DNA of 64,000 bases, taken from positions 15,465-79,464 of the forward strand of contig JALQTA010000001.1 in the NCBI GenBank assembly GCA_023264145.1, in the 5' to 3' direction. This document shows, piece after piece, positions 59,801-64,000 of this stretch (position 1 is its first letter; each line of letters starts with the position of its first letter). Made by a program: the position numbers and the translations under genes. This stretch comes from Minisyncoccota bacterium (GTDB lineage: Bacteria; Patescibacteriota; Minisyncoccia; SW-4-49-11). Under the pieces are notes generated by a model, which was not told the origin of the DNA, ran no database searches, and saw nothing but the letters and a program-made list of their open reading frames with translations.

Positions 59801-60907
59801 ATGAAGGTATTATTTGCAAGTGGAGGAACAGGGGGTCATATTTTGCCTATTGTTGCGGTTAAGCAAGAATTAGAAAAAATTGGACAAGAGAGGAATATTC
59901 CGATGGAATTTTTATTAGTGGGATATGTTGATGATACGGCAAAATCATTATTAGAGTCATATAATATTCCCTATAAATCAGTATATGCAGGGAAAATTCG
60001 TCGATATTTTTCTTTTGATAATTTCCTAGATATTTTTAAGGCAATAGGTGGTCTGATTGCGGCTCAATGGTATATTTGGAAGTTTATGCCTGATATTACC
60101 TTTGGAAAAGGAGGGTATGCCAGTGTTCCTGGGGTGTTAATCTCCTGGTTATATCAAATTCCGACACTTATTCATGAATCTGATTCGGTTCCAGGCCTTG
60201 CTAATAAATTTCTAAGTAGATTTGCAAGTGTGGTTGCGGTGGGATTTCCGAAGGTAGCTGCAGTATTTGGAGAGAAAAAAACAAGTATTGTCGGAAATAT
60301 GACTCATCCTGATATTATGAATGGAAGTCGTGAAGATGCAAAAGCATTATTTGAGTTAACCATGGAAAAACCTATTCTTCTTATTGTGGGAGGAAGTCAG
60401 GGAGCACATATTATTAATCAAGTAATTTGGAGTATTTTACCTCGCCTTACGGATATTGTGGAGATTATTCATATTGTAGGTAAAAATGATACTCTTGAAG
60501 CCTCAAAAGTGAAAAAATCTCTCACAGGAAGTGAAGAAAGGCTATACCACTATGTAGGATTCTTGAATGATGAGATGAAACATGCCTATGCAGCCGCTGA
60601 TTTAGTGATTTCTCGAGCAGGAGCTTCCAGCATTGCAGATATTTGTCTTACTCGTAAACCCAGTATATTAGTTCCCATTACCGTAGATGCAGGTCAACAG
60701 AGATCTAATGCTTATGAAATGGCAAAAATTGGAGCAAGTCTTGTTTTGGAGGAACCTAACTTTACGCCTCATATTGTTATTGATAAAATAGAAGAATTAT
60801 TAAGACAACCTAATATTATGCAATCAATGTCAGAAAAGACTATACAATTTGCTTCTCCAGATGCAGCTGCTCGGATCGCAGAACAATTAGTGGTATTAGC
60901 GAAATAA
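59801..60907 (+). CDS. murG: undecaprenyldiphospho-muramoylpentapeptide beta-N-acetylglucosaminyltransferase
   Basis: MKVLFASGGTGGHILP N-terminus and a GT28 C-terminal domain (GGSQGA). Confidence 0.8.
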   Translation: MKVLFASGGTGGHILPIVAVKQELEKIGQERNIPMEFLLVGYVDDTAKSLLESYNIPYKSVYAGKIRRYFSFDNFLDIFKAIGGLIAAQWYIWKFMPDITFGKGGYASVPGVLISWLYQIPTLIHESDSVPGLANKFLSRFASVVAVGFPKVAAVFGEKKTSIVGNMTHPDIMNGSREDAKALFELTMEKPILLIVGGSQGAHIINQVIWSILPRLTDIVEIIHIVGKNDTLEASKVKKSLTGSEERLYHYVGFLNDEMKHAYAAADLVISRAGASSIADICLTRKPSILVPITVDAGQQRSNAYEMAKIGASLVLEEPNFTPHIVIDKIEELLRQPNIMQSMSEKTIQFASPDAAARIAEQLVVLAK

Positions 60908-60908
60908 T

Positions 60909-62255
60909 ATGATATATTTTGTTGGAATTAAAGGAGTTGGAATGACTGCTCTCGCTCAAGTGTTGCAAGCTCAGGGTATGAAGGTGATGGGAAGTGATAT
61001 CGCTGAAACCTTTATGACAGATAAAGTACTGGCTCAAGCTCATATTTCCGTTAAATCTCCTTTTCATCAAGATAATATTCCTCAAGATATACAATATGCT
61101 GTTATATCAGGAGCGTATTATCAAAAAGATAAAACACCTACCAATCCGGAGGTAATTGAATTATTATCGAGAAATATTCCTATTTTTACCTATAGTGAAG
61201 CATTGGGAAAAGTCTCTGAATTGTTTGCCACTACCATTGCCGTAGCTGGATCTCATGGAAAAACAACAACAAGTGCATTATTAACCTATACTTTACAAGA
61301 GTTAAATCAAAATCCGTTTGGAGTTATTGGAAGTTTTGTTCCACAATTTAATGGAAATGCATGTATTGGAGATACACAATCTCAATATTTAGTAGTTGAG
61401 GCAGATGAATATCAAAATCATTTCTTAGATCTTAATATACAATGTCTGATTATTTTGAATGTGGATTATGATCATCCAGATTATTTCCCAACTCCTCAGT
61501 TATATTATCAAGCCTTTATTCAAGCTATACATAAACTTCCTATACACAAACCTCTCATTATTAATGGGGACGATGAAACGATTAAAACACATATTCTTCC
61601 GTTTATTGAAAAAGATCGTATGATTATTACCTTTGGTTTACACAGTCATAATGATATTACTCTTAATGATCAATATGAGGTTAGTGTCAAAGGAGTGTCA
61701 TATCCTAAGATAGATTTACTGATACCAGGGAATCATAATAGATGTAATGCCTTAGCCGTGATTGCAGTATTAGATTATCTTGGATTAGATATTCATCAAG
61801 GAATAAAGAAGATGAAACAGTTTAGAGGAACACAGAGAAGATTAGAATATAAAGGTGTTTCAAAAAATGGAGCCACTCTGATTGATGATTATGCGCATCA
61901 CCCAACTGAAATTAGTGCGGGGATACAAGCCTTAAGAGAAGCATATCCTCAGCATACTCTTCATTGTGTGTTTCAACCGCATACTTTTAGTCGAACGGAA
62001 TCATTATTACAAGAGTTTGGTAAAGCTCTATCTCAGGCTGATAATGTGTATATCCTTCCTATTTATGGGTCTGCTCGAGAAGAAATAGGGACTATTACCA
62101 GTGAAGATATACTACCTTTTATTAACAATACACATACCCGTCTATATTCTGATATAGCTTTATTATTATCTGACGTAGAGATACTCACAGATAAGGATGT
62201 AATAGTAACGATGGGAGCAGGAGATGTCTGGAAAATTATTAATAATATGCTATAA
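60909..62255 (+). CDS. murC: UDP-N-acetylmuramate--L-alanine ligase
   Basis: Mur ligase with a GSHGKTTT P-loop, directly downstream of murG. Confidence 0.7.
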   Translation: MIYFVGIKGVGMTALAQVLQAQGMKVMGSDIAETFMTDKVLAQAHISVKSPFHQDNIPQDIQYAVISGAYYQKDKTPTNPEVIELLSRNIPIFTYSEALGKVSELFATTIAVAGSHGKTTTSALLTYTLQELNQNPFGVIGSFVPQFNGNACIGDTQSQYLVVEADEYQNHFLDLNIQCLIILNVDYDHPDYFPTPQLYYQAFIQAIHKLPIHKPLIINGDDETIKTHILPFIEKDRMIITFGLHSHNDITLNDQYEVSVKGVSYPKIDLLIPGNHNRCNALAVIAVLDYLGLDIHQGIKKMKQFRGTQRRLEYKGVSKNGATLIDDYAHHPTEISAGIQALREAYPQHTLHCVFQPHTFSRTESLLQEFGKALSQADNVYILPIYGSAREEIGTITSEDILPFINNTHTRLYSDIALLLSDVEILTDKDVIVTMGAGDVWKIINNML

Positions 62256-62295
62256 TAAACCGAGTATATAGGTATATGAATAAAAACTTCTGTTT

Positions 62296-62994
62296 ATGAT
62301 AGATCACGTTGCAATTATTCCAGATGGTAATCGTCGCTGGGCTAAATTAAATGGTAAAACTTCACAAGAAGGGCATTTACAAGGATTTGAAAGAACACGT
62401 GAAATTATTGAAACGGCTCTTTTGGGGAAAGTAAAAAATCTTACGTTATGGGGAGCTTCAATAGATAATTTAGCAAAGAGACCAGAAGAAGAGGTAAAGC
62501 ATTTATACAGTGGATTTCAGAAATATATCAAAGATTTACTTACCTATAAAGAAATTCACAAACAAAAAATTAAAGTTAATATTTTAGGAAAATGGCAAGA
62601 AATTTTTCCGAAACCTCTTCAAGCCGTAATTCAAAAAGCGATTGATGCGACACAAGGATATTCTAATTATACCCTTAATTTCCTTCTTGGATATAATGGT
62701 GATGAGGAAATGCTACAAGCAATACAGTCTATTGCAGAGCAAAAATTGCATAATCCAGATTTAATAGTAACTCCAGAACTGATTAAGCAGTCATTATATA
62801 CCAAAGATTTACCTCCAGTAGATTTACTGATTAGAAGTGGGGGAGAACCGCATAATAGTGTTGGTTTTATGATGTGGGATACCGCGAATGCTCACTATTA
62901 TTTTACTGATATCAATTATCCAGACTTTACGGTTCAGGAGTTTGATTCTGCATTAGAGGAATACCATAAAAGAGAGAAAAGAAGAGGTAAATAA
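62296..62994 (+). CDS. uppS: undecaprenyl-diphosphate synthase (cis-isoprenyl transferase)
   Basis: HVAIIPDGNRRWA signature. Confidence 0.85.
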   Translation: MIDHVAIIPDGNRRWAKLNGKTSQEGHLQGFERTREIIETALLGKVKNLTLWGASIDNLAKRPEEEVKHLYSGFQKYIKDLLTYKEIHKQKIKVNILGKWQEIFPKPLQAVIQKAIDATQGYSNYTLNFLLGYNGDEEMLQAIQSIAEQKLHNPDLIVTPELIKQSLYTKDLPPVDLLIRSGGEPHNSVGFMMWDTANAHYYFTDINYPDFTVQEFDSALEEYHKREKRRGK

Positions 62995-63006
62995 ATTGAT
63001 ATATCT

Positions 63007-64000
63007 ATGAAAATCATTATTATGGCCGGTGGAACAGGAACACGATTATGGCCACTTAGTAGAAATTCAAAGCCAAAGCAATTTCAAGTATTATTTGGAA
63101 ATGAGACGATGTTGCAGATGACGGTAAAGCGACTTTTAACTCACTTTAGTTTAGATGATATTTTTATTGCAACTAATCAACAATATAAGGAAGAAGTATT
63201 ACAGGAATTACCCGATTTGCCCGGAAATCATATTATTCTAGAACCAGAAAAACGAGATACTGCTCCTGCCATTGGTCTTGCTAGTATTTCAGTGAATGCT
63301 CAGTCTGATGAAGCGATAGCTTTTTTGGCGGCAGATCATTATATTCATAAGCCACAAGAACTATGTCATATACTACAAATTGCAGATGAGTTTTTACAGC
63401 AATCTCCAGAATATATTATTACGTTAGGAATTACCCCGACAGCTCCCGAAACAGGATATGGATATATCAAATATAGTCAAGAATCTCTGGTAGAAAATCA
63501 GGCTATATCTGTATACGAGGTTGATGCTTTTGTAGAAAAACCAGATTTCAAAACCGCAACCGAATATCTTGCCGATGGACATTATGTCTGGAATTCAGGA
63601 ATGTTTGTAGTACAAAAAAAGACATTAGCAGCAATGTATCAAGAATATTTACCTAATACCGCGAAAATTTTGTCTCAAATAGAGGAAAATACTATACCTG
63701 ATATTGAAGAATTATATCATCAAACCGATGCTATTAGCTTTGATTATGGAATTATGGAGAAAGCAGATCATATTGCTGTGATTCCTGCTAATATTGGATG
63801 GAGTGATATTGGGTCTTGGTCAGCATTAAAAGATATTCTTCAAGAAGAAACAACAGTTACTCATAAAGGAAGCTCCCAACACTTTGATATCGACTCAGAA
63901 CATATCTTAGTGCATTCACATAATAAAGATAAAATTATTGCTACAATTGGAATTCGTGATATAGTTATAGTAGAGACAGAAGATGCTTTGCTCGTTTCTC
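63007..64000 (+). CDS. mannose-1-phosphate guanylyltransferase-like nucleotidyltransferase (3' partial, runs off window)
   Basis: MKIIIMAGGTGTRLWPLSR N-terminus with an ORF open to the window end. It is absent from the supplied track because it has no stop codon. Confidence 0.6.
   Translation, partial: MKIIIMAGGTGTRLWPLSRNSKPKQFQVLFGNETMLQMTVKRLLTHFSLDDIFIATNQQYKEEVLQELPDLPGNHIILEPEKRDTAPAIGLASISVNAQSDEAIAFLAADHYIHKPQELCHILQIADEFLQQSPEYIITLGITPTAPETGYGYIKYSQESLVENQAISVYEVDAFVEKPDFKTATEYLADGHYVWNSGMFVVQKKTLAAMYQEYLPNTAKILSQIEENTIPDIEELYHQTDAISFDYGIMEKADHIAVIPANIGWSDIGSWSALKDILQEETTVTHKGSSQHFDIDSEHILVHSHNKDKIIATIGIRDIVIVETEDALLVS

Overview
This is an AT-rich bacterial chromosome segment, roughly 25-35% GC by eye. 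It is densely packed with housekeeping genes, many short gene overlaps and few long intergenic gaps. The gene content is typical of a small-genome, probably monoderm or CPR/Patescibacteria-like bacterium; that assignment is inference only. Housekeeping genes include korAB, nusB, rnc, uppP, tpiA, pyrG, two tandem RNase J paralogs, recO, tgt, gltX, prfA/prmC, recG, trmD, ligA, murG, murC and uppS. There is a ZnuABC-type metal importer beside an OmpR/HK two-component pair. A contiguous ~11 kb competence/type IV pilus locus runs comFC, pilMNO, pilB, a receiver-only response regulator, pilT, pilC, pilA, pilD and four minor pilins. Two tRNAs sit on the minus strand: Gln-TTG and an Arg tRNA. A cell-surface glycan locus is also present (Wzz-like, O-antigen-ligase-like, GT1, GT2, DUF4012). 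The standout is a ~3.3 kb, ~60% GC island at about 36.98-40.39 kb, inserted between two GT1 glycosyltransferase genes. It has four plus-strand genes for signal-peptide proteins, and each gene has its own sigma70-like promoter and GC-rich intrinsic terminator. Three of those promoters are near-identical. One product ends in a beta-barrel-type ...RFGFRF C-terminus. Two are small paralogs that share an 18-nt identical DNA block. A 10-bp direct repeat (ACGATAGTAG) brackets the segment. I cannot assign a function from sequence alone; it looks like a horizontally acquired or otherwise non-native secreted/surface-protein module. I saw no rRNA, CRISPR array, transposase or integrase in the window.
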